Assembly: GCA_965262845.1 (NCBI GenBank)
Contig: CBDHFX010000002.1
Location: forward strand, 1,059,392-1,083,391
Source: Flavobacteriales bacterium
GTDB lineage: Bacteria; Bacteroidota; Bacteroidia; Flavobacteriales; ECT2AJA-044
Direction of reading: 5' to 3'
Length of the DNA stretch: 24,000 nt
Shown: piece after piece, positions 8,510 to 18,036 of the stretch
How the letters are laid out: each line of letters opens with the position of its first letter
Numbering within the stretch: position 1 is the stretch's first letter
The notes under the pieces: model-generated
Seen by the model: only the letters and a program-made list of their open reading frames with translations
Databases searched by the model: none
What the model was told of the DNA's origin: nothing
Program-made: the position numbers and the translations under genes

Positions 8510-9828
8510 AGCTCGAAGTCGATATCGACATTCAGTTTTTTGGCAATGATGCGGTTAAGGCGTTTGCGTAGGGCTTCGATTTTCACCGTTTCCATGGCAT
8601 CGTGCTTGAAGGCGTACAACAAAGTGGCCTTGGCCTCACGATCTGCGATCCCACGACTTTTCAGATAGAACAAGGCGCTCTTGTCCAGCTGTCCGATCGT
8701 ACATCCGTGACTGCATTTAACGTCATCTGCATAGATCTCGAGCTGTGGTTTGCTATTGATCGTGGCGCTGTCGGTTAGCAATACATTGTCGTTCTGTTGG
8801 AAGGCGTTTGTTTTTTGCGCATCCTGCCGAACGATCACAGATCCGTTGAAAACGCCATGACTCTTTTCGTCGAAAATGCCTTTGTACAATTCGTTCGACT
8901 GACAATTTGGAACCGCATGATCCACCGTAGTATGATGATCAACGTGCTGCCGGCCGTGGAGCAGGGAAATACCGTTGAGATCTGCCTCAGCATGTTCCCC
9001 CTGAAAGATAAACCTGAGGTTATTCCGGATGAATTGCCCGCCTGTTGAGAAGGTACCCACGGAAACATGGCTCCGGCTTCCCTGCTCAACTACCGTTGAG
9101 TCGATCAAAGTTGACGTACCTACATCGTTCTGGATCTTATACAAGGACAACCGCGCGTTCTCCTTAGCGCAGATCTCGGTTACCGAATTGGTAAATGTGA
9201 CGTTCTCATCACCCAGACTTTGATGACGCTCAATGAGCTGGACCCCGGCGTTTTTACCCACAACGATCAAATTCCTGGGCTGAACTATGAAATCGCGCTG
9301 CCGTTTAGTGTTGAAATAGACGATCTGGATAGGTTTGTCAACAGTTACCCCGTCCGGAATTTCGATCAGGGCTCCTTCGTACGCGAAGGAAGTGTTCATA
9401 GCCAGCAAGGCATCATTTTCATCTCTGGCGATTTTGGCAAAATAGTTCCGAACAGCCGAAGTATTTCGCTCCAGCGAATCACACAAACACCCAAGATGAC
9501 ACCCGGTGTTCGGGATGTTCGATAGCCAGGAGCTGAACATACCATCGACAAATACAATTCGGTACGAATCAATCTCGTGAACGAAGTACTGCTTTACGTC
9601 GCGGTACTCAAGTGCTTCATCGGAATTCGGTTTAAAGGTATATTCCCTCTTCGTGATCGGCAGGAGGGACGTGTATTTCCAGTCTTCGTTCTTCTGATTT
9701 GGGAACCCGAGCCTTTCAAATCGGTCAAATGCCGCGGAACGGATCTGGTGAACGGGTGTTTTGGAATGCCCGTTCAATCCAGCTTCAAAAGCCATGAATG
9801 AATGAATGATATCTTCCTTCAGTGCCAC
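8506..9828 (-). CDS. sufD: Fe-S cluster assembly protein SufD
   Basis: 440 aa. Beta-helix-type SufB/D C-terminal region with SALFYLKSRGI; positioned between sufC and sufS. The listed start is GTG, 2 nt after the sufC stop. An alternative ATG at 9795 (MAFEAG) cannot be excluded. Confidence 0.88.
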   Translation of the reverse strand: MALKEDIIHSFMAFEAGLNGHSKTPVHQIRSAAFDRFERLGFPNQKNEDWKYTSLLPITKREYTFKPNSDEALEYRDVKQYFVHEIDSYRIVFVDGMFSSWLSNIPNTGCHLGCLCDSLERNTSAVRNYFAKIARDENDALLAMNTSFAYEGALIEIPDGVTVDKPIQIVYFNTKRQRDFIVQPRNLIVVGKNAGVQLIERHQSLGDENVTFTNSVTEICAKENARLSLYKIQNDVGTSTLIDSTVVEQGSRSHVSVGTFSTGGQFIRNNLRFIFQGEHAEADLNGISLLHGRQHVDHHTTVDHAVPNCQSNELYKGIFDEKSHGVFNGSVIVRQDAQKTNAFQQNDNVLLTDSATINSKPQLEIYADDVKCSHGCTIGQLDKSALFYLKSRGIADREAKATLLYAFKHDAMETVKIEALRKRLNRIIAKKLNVDIDFEL

Positions 9829-9830
9829 GA

Positions 9831-10589
9831 TTATACGCTTTCTGCCAGTTCTTGTTTGATCCAGTCGTACCCTTTCTCCTCGAGTTTGAGGGCCAGGGAC
9901 TTGCCACCTGATCTTACGATACGGCCGTCAAGCATGACATGCACGACATCCGGAACGATATAGTTAAGCAGGCGCTGGTAGTGCGTGATCATGATCACGG
10001 CATTGTCCTTACTTTTTAACTTGTTCACACCGTTTGCGACAGTACGTAGGGCATCTATATCGAGTCCGGAATCCGTTTCATCAAGAATAGCCAGTTTCGG
10101 CTCAAGCATCGCCATCTGGAAGATCTCATTCCGCTTTTTTTCACCTCCTGAGAAACCTTCGTTCAAAGAGCGATTCAAAAATTTGCGGTCCATGTCCAGG
10201 AGCTCCATTTTTTCGCGCATCATCCTGAGCATATCCCTCGCTGGCATGGGGTCAAGTCCCCTGGCCTTACGCGTTTCATTGATAGCGGTTTTGATAAAAT
10301 TGGTTACTGACACGCCCGGGATCTCGATCGGATATTGAAACGAAAGAAATACACCCAGGTGTGCACGCTCTTCCGGTTCCAGTTCCAGCAGGTCTTCCTT
10401 GAGAAAAATAATGCTTCCGCTGTCCACATCATAGTCCTCACGACCGGCCATCGCTAATGCCAGAGTCGATTTACCACTACCGTTCGGCCCCATAATGACA
10501 TGCACCTCACCCGAATGCACTTCCAAATTGATCCCTTTGAGAATTTCCCTGCCTTCGACTGAGACTTTCAGGTTATCTATTTTCAGCAT
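9831..10589 (-). CDS. sufC: Fe-S cluster assembly ATPase SufC
   Basis: 252 aa. Walker A GPNGSGKST, ABC signature FSGGEKKR, Walker B LAILDETDSGLD. Confidence 0.95.
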   Translation of the reverse strand: MLKIDNLKVSVEGREILKGINLEVHSGEVHVIMGPNGSGKSTLALAMAGREDYDVDSGSIIFLKEDLLELEPEERAHLGVFLSFQYPIEIPGVSVTNFIKTAINETRKARGLDPMPARDMLRMMREKMELLDMDRKFLNRSLNEGFSGGEKKRNEIFQMAMLEPKLAILDETDSGLDIDALRTVANGVNKLKSKDNAVIMITHYQRLLNYIVPDVVHVMLDGRIVRSGGKSLALKLEEKGYDWIKQELAESV

Positions 10590-10613
10590 AAATCCTTGTT
10601 CGCCGTTTGTTGA

Positions 10614-12056
10614 TTAACCTACGCTTCCTTCCAGGCTGATCTCGAGGAGCTTTTGTGCCTCAACCGCAAATTCCATGGGGAGTTTATTGAGGACCTCCTT
10701 CACGTATCCGTTCACGATCAGGGCAATGGTCTCCTCTTCACCTAATCCGCGCTGCTTACAGTAAAAGATCTGGTCTTCCCCAATTTTCGAAGTCGTTGCT
10801 TCATGCTCGATCTGAGCCGAGTCGTTTTTTACTTCAATGTAGGGGAAGGTATGTGCTCCGCACTTGTTGCCCATAAGGAGAGAGTCGCATTGCGAAAAGT
10901 TTCGGGCGTTCTTCGCATTCTTCAGGATCTTCACCAGGCCGCGATAACTTCCGTCCGAATGTCCGGCTGAGATCCCCTTTGCGATGATGGTGCTTCTGGT
11001 ATTTTTCCCGATGTGGATCATTTTGGTTCCGGTGTCAGCCTGCTGATGATTGCTTGTTACGGCCACCGAGTAGAATTCGCCTGCTGAATGATCGCCTTTC
11101 AAGATACACGACGGATATTTCCAGGTCACGGCCGAACCGGTCTCGACCTGTGTCCAACTGATCTTGGCGTTCCTGTGGCAGATCCCGCGCTTGGTTACGA
11201 AGTTATACACTCCGCCTTTTCCATCCTTATCGCCGGGGTACCAGTTTTGCACGGTAGAATACTTGATCTCTGCATTGTCCAGCGCAATCAGTTCAACTAC
11301 CGCGGCATGAAGTTGGTTTTCGTCCCGTTGAGGGGCGGTACAGCCTTCCAAATAGCTGACATAGCTTCCTTCTTCAGCCACCACCAGGGTGCGCTCGAAC
11401 TGACCCGTACCAGCGGCATTGATCCGGAAATAGGTGCTGAGCTCCATCGGACAGCGCACTCCTTTCGGGATGTAACAGAATGATCCATCTGAGAAAACCG
11501 CGGAGTTCAGGGCCGCAAAGAAATTATCGGTCGGAGGCACCACAGTACCCAGGTACTTGCGCACCAGGTCCGGATGTTCCCTGATCGCCTCACCCATGGA
11601 GCAAAAGATAATGCCCTTTTCGGCGAGCTTTTCCTTAAAGCTCGTTGCCACTGAGGAGGAGTCAACTACCACATCCACAGCCACACCGCTCAGGCGTTTT
11701 TGCTCTTCCAGCGAAATACCCAGGCGTTCGAAGGTCTTCAGCAATTCCGGATCCACATCATCAAGGCTATCGGACTCTTTTTTCTTTTTGGGAGATGAAT
11801 AGTAGGTGATTGCCTGGTAGTCCGGCCGGTCGTATTTCACCTTCTGCCAGTTCGGTTCCTTCATTCCGGACCACTTCCGGAAGGCATTTAATCGCCATTC
11901 CAGCATCCATTCAGGCTCTTCCTTCCTGGCCGAGATCATGCCAATCACTTCCTCACTTAGTCCCGGTGGAATGGCATCGTTTTCGATATCCGTATAAAAG
12001 CCGTATTTATACTCTGATGTAGTTACCTCCTGCAGTATTTTATTCTCGTCACTCAT
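10614..12056 (-). CDS. sufB: Fe-S cluster assembly scaffold protein SufB
   Basis: 480 aa. N-terminal [13 protein letters not shown] motif, C-terminal [10 protein letters not shown]; followed by sufC. Confidence 0.95.
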   Translation of the reverse strand: MSDENKILQEVTTSEYKYGFYTDIENDAIPPGLSEEVIGMISARKEEPEWMLEWRLNAFRKWSGMKEPNWQKVKYDRPDYQAITYYSSPKKKKESDSLDDVDPELLKTFERLGISLEEQKRLSGVAVDVVVDSSSVATSFKEKLAEKGIIFCSMGEAIREHPDLVRKYLGTVVPPTDNFFAALNSAVFSDGSFCYIPKGVRCPMELSTYFRINAAGTGQFERTLVVAEEGSYVSYLEGCTAPQRDENQLHAAVVELIALDNAEIKYSTVQNWYPGDKDGKGGVYNFVTKRGICHRNAKISWTQVETGSAVTWKYPSCILKGDHSAGEFYSVAVTSNHQQADTGTKMIHIGKNTRSTIIAKGISAGHSDGSYRGLVKILKNAKNARNFSQCDSLLMGNKCGAHTFPYIEVKNDSAQIEHEATTSKIGEDQIFYCKQRGLGEEETIALIVNGYVKEVLNKLPMEFAVEAQKLLEISLEGSVG

Positions 12057-12074
12057 TTCGGGTCGAAATTCAAT

Positions 12075-12404
12075 TCAAACTGCAAAGCTTTCACCACAGC
12101 CACAGGTGCGCGAAGCGTTTGGATTTTTGAAGAAAAAGCCTTTGCCATTCAGGCCACCGCTGTACTCAAGTGTGGTGCCGGCGAGGTACAAAAAGCTCTT
12201 TTTTTCTACCACAATGCGAATCCCCCTGTCCTCGAAAAGCTTGTCCGAATCGCCCATTTCCTTATCGATCCGGAGCTCGTATGACAGCCCCGAGCAGCCA
12301 CCGCTGGTTACGCCAACGCGCAGGTAGCTGTCATCTGCGGTAGCGCCTTCCTCCGCCATCAGCTGGGTCAGCTTGTCTCTGGCCGTTTCAGATACCTGAA
12401 TCAT
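12075..12404 (-). CDS. sufA: A-type Fe-S cluster carrier (IscA/SufA/HesB family)
   Basis: 109 aa with SGGCSG and the C-terminal CGCGESF cysteine motif. First gene of the suf operon. Confidence 0.9.
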   Translation of the reverse strand: MIQVSETARDKLTQLMAEEGATADDSYLRVGVTSGGCSGLSYELRIDKEMGDSDKLFEDRGIRIVVEKKSFLYLAGTTLEYSGGLNGKGFFFKNPNASRTCGCGESFAV

Positions 12405-12422
12405 GGTTATTTATAATTAATC

Positions 12423-12457
12423 CAAATATAGCGCAAAAGTACGAATTACCGTGCAAA
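12423..12457 (-). promoter_or_regulatory. candidate suf operon promoter (-33 TTTG / -7 TATATTTG)
   Basis: On the minus strand: TTTG (12457-12454), 23-nt spacer, then TATATTTG (12430-12423), an exact TAnnTTTG match. The motif ends 18 nt upstream of the sufA ATG. Confidence 0.45.
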
Positions 12458-12488
12458 CAGCCGTTTCAGGAGCGTCATTTTAAATGGC

Positions 12489-12496
12489 TACCTTTG
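12489..12496 (+). promoter_or_regulatory. candidate thiL -7 promoter element (TACCTTTG)
   Basis: Exact TAnnTTTG match ending 4 nt before the thiL ATG at 12501. This implies a leaderless or near-leaderless transcript if it is functional. Confidence 0.35.
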
Positions 12497-12500
12497 TGGT

Positions 12501-13565
12501 ATGGGGCAATTTGAGGATGAAGATCCCATTCGCACACCTTTGTCCGAACTGGGCGAATTTGCTTTGATCGATCACCTGACCCGAAACTTCCAGATTACCA
12601 ACGGGTCCACGCTGACGGGAATTGGCGATGATGCGGCCGTCCTCACGGACGGATCCGAACGCGTGAAGGTCGTAACGACCGACATGCTCGTGGAGGGCGT
12701 CCATTTCGACCTGTCCTACGTGCCCCTCAGACACCTGGGGTACAAATCCATGGTGATCAATTTCAGCGATGTGTACGCCATGAATGCGCAGCCTCAGCAA
12801 GTCACTGTAGCCATTGCGGTCTCGAACCGCTTTTCGGTTGAGGCACTGGAAGAAATTTATGATGGCATGCATATGGCCTGCAAACTCTACGGGGTTGATT
12901 TGATCGGCGGCGATACAACCTCAAGCATGTCCGGACTCATCATTTCCGTGACAGCCATTGGTTCAGCAAAACGGCATGAGGTAGTGCTTCGTTCATCTGC
13001 CCGTGAGGGCGATCTGCTGGTCGTTTCAGGAGACCTCGGTGGAGCCTATATGGGACTTCAGATACTCGAACGCGAGAAGGCAGTATTTTGGGACAATCCG
13101 AATATGCAGCCTGAACTCCAGGGCCACGAGTACGTGCTCGGGCGTCAGCTAAAACCTGAAGCGCGAAAAGATATTCCGGAGTTGCTGAAGCAGCTGGAAG
13201 TGAGGCCTACGGCAATGACCGATATATCGGATGGGCTCTCGTGTGAGGCACTGCACATCGCACGGAAGAGCAGCCTCGGCGTGCGACTCTACGAAGAGAA
13301 ATTCCCGATTGACCCAAATGTTCTGCGGCTCTGTGAAGAATTTCAGCTGGACCCGACCGTGCCCGTGCTCAATGGCGGAGAAGACTACGAACTTTTGTTT
13401 GCGATCGCCCAGGATGATTATGACAGGATCAGGGGCAATCCGGACCTCACCGTGGTTGGGCACATGACCGCCGGGGAGGCCTGTTACCTGATCAGCCGGG
13501 ATGGCAAGATGCATCCGCTCACATCACAAGGCTGGGATGCAATCCTGAAAAAAGAGGGGTCGTGA
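12501..13565 (+). CDS. thiL: thiamine-monophosphate kinase
   Basis: 354 aa. LSELGEFALIDHL, GIGDDAAV, VTTDMLVEGVHF and GGDTTS motifs of the AIR-synthase-related ThiL family. Confidence 0.9.
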   Translation: MGQFEDEDPIRTPLSELGEFALIDHLTRNFQITNGSTLTGIGDDAAVLTDGSERVKVVTTDMLVEGVHFDLSYVPLRHLGYKSMVINFSDVYAMNAQPQQVTVAIAVSNRFSVEALEEIYDGMHMACKLYGVDLIGGDTTSSMSGLIISVTAIGSAKRHEVVLRSSAREGDLLVVSGDLGGAYMGLQILEREKAVFWDNPNMQPELQGHEYVLGRQLKPEARKDIPELLKQLEVRPTAMTDISDGLSCEALHIARKSSLGVRLYEEKFPIDPNVLRLCEEFQLDPTVPVLNGGEDYELLFAIAQDDYDRIRGNPDLTVVGHMTAGEACYLISRDGKMHPLTSQGWDAILKKEGS

Positions 13566-13617
13566 TCAGCTTGATCCACGGCCTCATTTATGGGAAAACG
13601 ATAGTTCCAATTAATCC

Positions 13618-13625
13618 TATCTTTG
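13618..13625 (+). promoter_or_regulatory. candidate -7 promoter element (TATCTTTG) upstream of adk
   Basis: Exact TAnnTTTG match 74 nt upstream of the adk ATG. No convincing -33 TTTG at standard spacing. Confidence 0.3.
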
Positions 13626-13699
13626 TCCTCATAAGCTCACATTCAACTGTGATTTATGGTTTGGTTTGCTGATTTGTTGATGGATCTTAGGCAATTGGC

Positions 13700-14281
13700 A
13701 TGCTAAATATTGTTTTGTTTGGCCCTCCGGGTGCCGGAAAGGGAACGCAATCACAAAACCTGATCAGGAAGTACCAGCTAATACACCTGAGTACCGGAAA
13801 TATCCTGAGAGATGAGATCAGAGCGGGGACAAAACTCGGGTTGGAGGCGAAGATACTGATGGATCACGGAGAATTGGTACCCGATGAGGTAGTGATCGGT
13901 ATGATCAGCCACCAGATCGAAGAAAACAAGCACGGAAACGGATTTATTTTTGACGGATTCCCACGCACGCAAGCGCAGGCCAAAGCGCTTGATTTGCTAC
14001 TTGAACTCAAGGGTACCGGGATTACCTGTATGCTGGCCCTGGAAGTGCCGGATCAGGAATTGAAGAATCGTTTGCTCAGACGTGGCAAAACCTCCGGCCG
14101 GGCCGATGACCAAAACGAAAGGGTCATCGCGAATCGGATTGCCGTTTACCGGCATGATACCGCTCCGGTGAAAGAATACTATGCTGCTCAGGACAGGCTG
14201 TACGATGTGGACGGACTGGGAAGCATCGGCGAGATTACCGACCGCCTCGCGACGGCCATTGAGCAAGCGGCCGAAGTGTAA
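13700..14281 (+). CDS. adk: adenylate kinase (short-lid type)
   Basis: 193 aa. P-loop [13 protein letters not shown]-binding [16 protein letters not shown]. The short LID lacks a Cys4 zinc motif. Confidence 0.95.
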   Translation: MLNIVLFGPPGAGKGTQSQNLIRKYQLIHLSTGNILRDEIRAGTKLGLEAKILMDHGELVPDEVVIGMISHQIEENKHGNGFIFDGFPRTQAQAKALDLLLELKGTGITCMLALEVPDQELKNRLLRRGKTSGRADDQNERVIANRIAVYRHDTAPVKEYYAAQDRLYDVDGLGSIGEITDRLATAIEQAAEV

Positions 14282-14283
14282 TT

Positions 14284-15291
14284 ATGGGCGACTCCAATTT
14301 TGTTGATTATGCCAGGATCCTCTTTGCCTCCGGAAATGGCGGGGCAGGATCACATCACCTGCTGCGGACCCGGATGAACGCCAGAGGCGGACCTGATGGA
14401 GGCGACGGAGGGCGTGGCGGACATGTTATTCTGCGCGGAAACGCCCAGCACTGGACCCTGCTATCGCTAAAATACCGAAAACACATCAGGGCAGAACACG
14501 GAAAACCAGGTGGAAAAGGCCAATCAACCGGTGCCGACGGAAAAGATCAGATCATTGAAGTGCCGCTGGGCGTGGCTGCCAAAAACCCCGAAACGGGCGA
14601 GGTCCTTTGCGAAGTAACCCACGACGGGGAAGAAGTGATCCTGCTGCCGGGCGGACGCGGAGGGCTGGGCAATGTGCATTTTAAGAGCGCGACTTTTCAA
14701 ACGCCTCAGTTCGCACAGCCAGGTGAAGAAGGACAGGAAGCCTGGATCATCCTGGAACTTAAGGTACTGGCCGATGTCGGGCTCGTGGGATTCCCCAATG
14801 CCGGAAAATCCACTTTGCTATCGGTCCTGAGTGCAGCCAAACCCGGGATCGCCGACTATGCCTTCACCACCCTGGTACCCAACCTCGGGATCGTATCGTA
14901 CCGCGATCACCACTCCTTCATTATGGCCGACATCCCGGGGATCATTGAAGGCGCCAGTGAAGGGAAAGGGCTCGGGCACCGATTCCTCCGACATATTGAG
15001 CGGAATTCGACCCTGCTGTTCCTGATTCCGGCTGATGCCGATGACATCGCGAACGAGTACCACATTTTACTTGAAGAGCTGCGAAAATACAATCCCGGGC
15101 TGCTCAATAAGAACCGTATTCTGGCCATCTCCAAGAATGATATGCTTGACGATGAACTGCGAGATGAGATACGCAGATCTCTCCCGACTGATGCCCCCTA
15201 TATTTTTATTTCATCCGTCGCCCGGCAAGGTCTCAGCGAACTCAAGGATATGATCTGGCAAAAATTGCACTCCGAAAAAGATGTTGAATAG
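14284..15291 (+). CDS. obgE: GTPase Obg/CgtA
   Basis: 335 aa. Obg fold N-terminus FVDYARI, glycine-rich [13 protein letters not shown]1 [10 protein letters not shown]3 DIPGIIEGA. Confidence 0.95.
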   Translation: MGDSNFVDYARILFASGNGGAGSHHLLRTRMNARGGPDGGDGGRGGHVILRGNAQHWTLLSLKYRKHIRAEHGKPGGKGQSTGADGKDQIIEVPLGVAAKNPETGEVLCEVTHDGEEVILLPGGRGGLGNVHFKSATFQTPQFAQPGEEGQEAWIILELKVLADVGLVGFPNAGKSTLLSVLSAAKPGIADYAFTTLVPNLGIVSYRDHHSFIMADIPGIIEGASEGKGLGHRFLRHIERNSTLLFLIPADADDIANEYHILLEELRKYNPGLLNKNRILAISKNDMLDDELRDEIRRSLPTDAPYIFISSVARQGLSELKDMIWQKLHSEKDVE

Positions 15292-15853
15292 GCTCATAGA
15301 ATATGACTGGCAGGCCACCATCTGGCTCAACAACCTCGGAACTGAAACATTCGATGGATTTTGGCTTTGGATCACCACTGCCTCGCACTGGTACTGGATG
15401 TATGCCGTCATCCTCCTCCTCTATTTCGTACTTGAACGCTGGTGGGGCACTGTAGCCCTGGCCTTTACGCTCCTTAGCTTTGGTTTGGCCGACTGGCTCA
15501 GCGTTCACGCCTTCAAAAATGTCTTCGAGCGCCTCCGGCCCTGTAATCAGGAGGGGGTCCTGGAATTCATCCGTCTTGTCCCCGAAGGCTGCGGTGGCCT
15601 ATTCGGTTTCGTAAGTTCCCACGCTGCCAATACCTTCGCGCTGGCTTTCTTCTTCGGCCGTTTCTTCCGTTGCTACTGGAAACCCGCGGAACTACTCTTC
15701 GCCGTCTGGTGCACCCTTTCTGCTTACAGCCGCGTCTACCTCGGTGTTCATTATCTGGGGGATGTTTTTGGAGGAGCCATCTTAGGGATCCTGATCGGAT
15801 GGCTTACCTGGAAGGCCTACGGCCTGATGAGAAACCGCTTCCGCCCGCTATAG
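15281..15853 (+). CDS. PAP2-family membrane phosphatase (undecaprenyl-diphosphatase / lipid phosphatase-like)
   Basis: 190 aa, hydrophobic. It has the three PAP2 motifs [13 protein letters not shown] and [12 protein letters not shown]. Overlaps the obg 3' end by 11 nt. Confidence 0.8.
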   Translation: MLNRLIEYDWQATIWLNNLGTETFDGFWLWITTASHWYWMYAVILLLYFVLERWWGTVALAFTLLSFGLADWLSVHAFKNVFERLRPCNQEGVLEFIRLVPEGCGGLFGFVSSHAANTFALAFFFGRFFRCYWKPAELLFAVWCTLSAYSRVYLGVHYLGDVFGGAILGILIGWLTWKAYGLMRNRFRPL

Positions 15854-15977
15854 CTCTTTGCTGTGCATTTGTGAGGATTTACCCGAATTTGGTTTCTGAA
15901 TCCCCCTGAACGATAGGCACTCGCTTTATATGGGCTATGAATGGGCCTGGCCAGAGTTAAACCGTGCCTGGGTCTTT

Positions 15978-17624
15978 TTAGTTTCGGAAGAGATTTAAGC
16001 TTCCCTTTCGCTCATCATCGCCCGGGAGGCGAATGATATAATAGTAGGTCCCTTCAGGACATTGGCCTCCTGAATTGTTCACTTGCCCGTTCCAGCATCC
16101 GGGATCTCCGTTGCTCACGCATTCCAGTCCGTAATTCCGGCTCGTGAATACGGTCCGACCCCAGCGATTGAATACGTACACTTCCGTATTGGGAAATTTG
16201 TCCAGGTTTTCGATCCGGAAATAGTCGTTTGTTCCGTCCCCGTTCGGCGTAAAAACATTAGGAACATGCAAAATGATATCACAGTCACTAACATATACTG
16301 TGTCATAAAAAGTACATTCGTCCTGAATGGTAGACGCCCAATACAGTCCACTTGCATTAACAAGCACTGAATCGTTGGAGCCGTTAAACCAGGTAATTTG
16401 GGGAAGCGGAACACTGGGAGTAAGCCATGCATCGGTTCCAGGACACATTGATACCGTATCCGGAAGAAAATCTAAGGAATCGTTCCATGCATAAACATAT
16501 ACCGTATCATAAAAAGTACATTCGTCCTGAATGGTAGACGCCCAATACAGTCCACTTGCATTAACAAGCACTGAATCATCGTTAGAGCCGTTAAACCAGG
16601 TGATTTGGGGAAGCGGAATACTGGGAGTAAGCCATACATCAGTTCCGGAACACGTTGGTACCGTATCCGGAAGAAAATCTATGGGATCGTTCAATACATA
16701 AAGGTTTACCGTATCCGTACATACATATTTACAAAATCCTGAATGAGCCCAGATAGTAGTATCTGAAGTAAGCAAAAACTGTGTGGAATCAGATGTACTA
16801 CCGTTGCTCCACGTCAAAGGGAAAGTCAAATTTCCCGGTAAGGCTGACTGAGATGACCACGTCGGGGGTTGAACGAACATTCCGTTCTCTGGATTTGGAG
16901 CACAGTCATAGATCAGGTTGCCGGTACCTTCATTAAAGTCATAATGCCCAATCAGATCCGGGTGATTAGCCGGATTAATGAGCTGATTCATCAAACCATT
17001 TACCTGAACCACAGTCCTTGCAGTATTCCAAACCCGGATATCATCAATCAGGCCATAATAGATGTCACCAAATACTACTGGTGCACTATTTTGTGTATTG
17101 CCAACAATTGTAATGGATCCGGTTGCATTCAAAACCCCGTCAATGATGATCTGAATGGAATTATTAGTTCGGTTAAAAACGTAAGCCACATGATGCCATT
17201 GCCCATCGCAAACATTCATCGTTCCATTAAATTGCACAACATTGCTACCATCAGAAATGCTGATTCTGGGAAGTCCTGAATTTCTTTGAATGCCCACATG
17301 ATAATGAGGGTTCCAGCTGTTACCACTCTTCCCAAATAGCCATTGGCCATGAGAGGGAACTGCGGTAACATCTATAAAGGTTGAGTTCACCCAAAGCTCA
17401 ATTGTGAAATTTTGATTCACTCCAAAATTATACTTAGTGGAATTGGCTATTTGGACATAGGAATTGTTGAAAGAAAGACTATGCTGTTGATGAGAGCAAT
17501 TTGTAAATGAAGCGTCAATAACCTGTGCGGAGCAAACAGTATCATGTGAAACAGAAATTAAACCAGGCTGGCTAAATCCGCTTAATACGATCATTAGCGA
17601 TAAGAAAAAACATGCATGTTTCAT
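15978..17624 (-). CDS. secreted LamG/ConA-like domain protein with three Ig-like repeats and a T9SS type-B (gliding-motility-associated) C-terminal domain
   Basis: 548 aa. Signal peptide MKHACFFLSLMIVLSGFSQ. LamG-type motifs FTIELWV, DGQWHHVAYVF and DDIRVWN. The C-terminus VPNVFTPNGDGTNDYF...VFNRWGRTVF...GTYYYIIRL matches the type-B CTD pattern. Confidence 0.85.
   Translation of the reverse strand: MKHACFFLSLMIVLSGFSQPGLISVSHDTVCSAQVIDASFTNCSHQQHSLSFNNSYVQIANSTKYNFGVNQNFTIELWVNSTFIDVTAVPSHGQWLFGKSGNSWNPHYHVGIQRNSGLPRISISDGSNVVQFNGTMNVCDGQWHHVAYVFNRTNNSIQIIIDGVLNATGSITIVGNTQNSAPVVFGDIYYGLIDDIRVWNTARTVVQVNGLMNQLINPANHPDLIGHYDFNEGTGNLIYDCAPNPENGMFVQPPTWSSQSALPGNLTFPLTWSNGSTSDSTQFLLTSDTTIWAHSGFCKYVCTDTVNLYVLNDPIDFLPDTVPTCSGTDVWLTPSIPLPQITWFNGSNDDSVLVNASGLYWASTIQDECTFYDTVYVYAWNDSLDFLPDTVSMCPGTDAWLTPSVPLPQITWFNGSNDSVLVNASGLYWASTIQDECTFYDTVYVSDCDIILHVPNVFTPNGDGTNDYFRIENLDKFPNTEVYVFNRWGRTVFTSRNYGLECVSNGDPGCWNGQVNNSGGQCPEGTYYYIIRLPGDDERKGSLNLFRN
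16291..16701. repeat. in-frame tandem duplication (204 bp + 207 bp) inside the LamG/T9SS gene
   Basis: Unit A (16291-16494) and unit B (16495-16701) align end to end with roughly 15 substitutions and one 3-nt indel. The alignment includes a perfectly identical 71-bp block (16303-16373 = 16507-16577). Each unit encodes DFLPDTV...PLPQITWFNGSND(D)SVLVNASGLYWASTIQDECTFYDTVYV. Confidence 0.92.
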
Positions 17625-17782
17625 AGTAAATCGAAATCAAAAGTCACCTCTGCTGAGGTTTCATTTACACCCGAATGTTTATTTGAAGAACATGATTTTC
17701 TGGTTCCTCTGTCCCATATGTCATGATATTCCCCCTCAAGTCCGTTTGTTTATCCGCCTTGCGGTGAATAAGCGATGATGCA

Positions 17783-17790
17783 CAAATGTA
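17783..17790 (-). promoter_or_regulatory. candidate -7 promoter element (TACATTTG on minus strand) for the LamG/T9SS gene
   Basis: Exact TAnnTTTG match on the minus strand, about 160 nt upstream of the ATG at 17624. It is the only exact match I found in the 412-bp intergenic region. Confidence 0.25.
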
Positions 17791-17951
17791 GCCTACTTAT
17801 CCCATCTGTCCAAAATACATTTCAGGTCGTAAGCGATCTGCTAAAAGTCAGGTTTTTACTTCTCCCATGTTTCTATTTCCCAAAAAGTAGCCCTCAATGG
17901 TTTCAGAAGATCAGTTTTAACTGACCCATCCGGAGAGACCTAATGCAAAAA

Positions 17952-17971
17952 TTGCTAACTTAGCTTAGCAA
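17952..17971. other. AT-rich inverted repeat TTGCTAA-N6-TTAGCAA flanked by A5 runs
   Basis: AAAAA-TTGCTAA-CTTAGC-TTAGCAA-AAAAA: 7-bp arms, 6-nt spacer, about 65 to 90 nt upstream of the SDR gene. It could be an operator, or on the minus strand a weak hairpin plus T-run. Confidence 0.3.
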
Positions 17972-18036
17972 AAAACTGTTCAGACGACCAGGACCACCTC
18001 AGCCATGCAACTAATCTTCTGGAATAACATTATCCC

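Noticed and set aside
12480-12872. 130-aa minus-strand ORF
   Set aside because: It is antisense to the conserved N-terminal half of thiL and would run through the thiL promoter region.
17692-17778. 28-codon ORF MIFWFLCPICHDIPPQVRLFIRLAVNKR in the large intergenic region
   Set aside because: It is very short, with no promoter or translation signal I can point to. A single CPIC motif is not enough. It would need ribosome profiling or conservation evidence.
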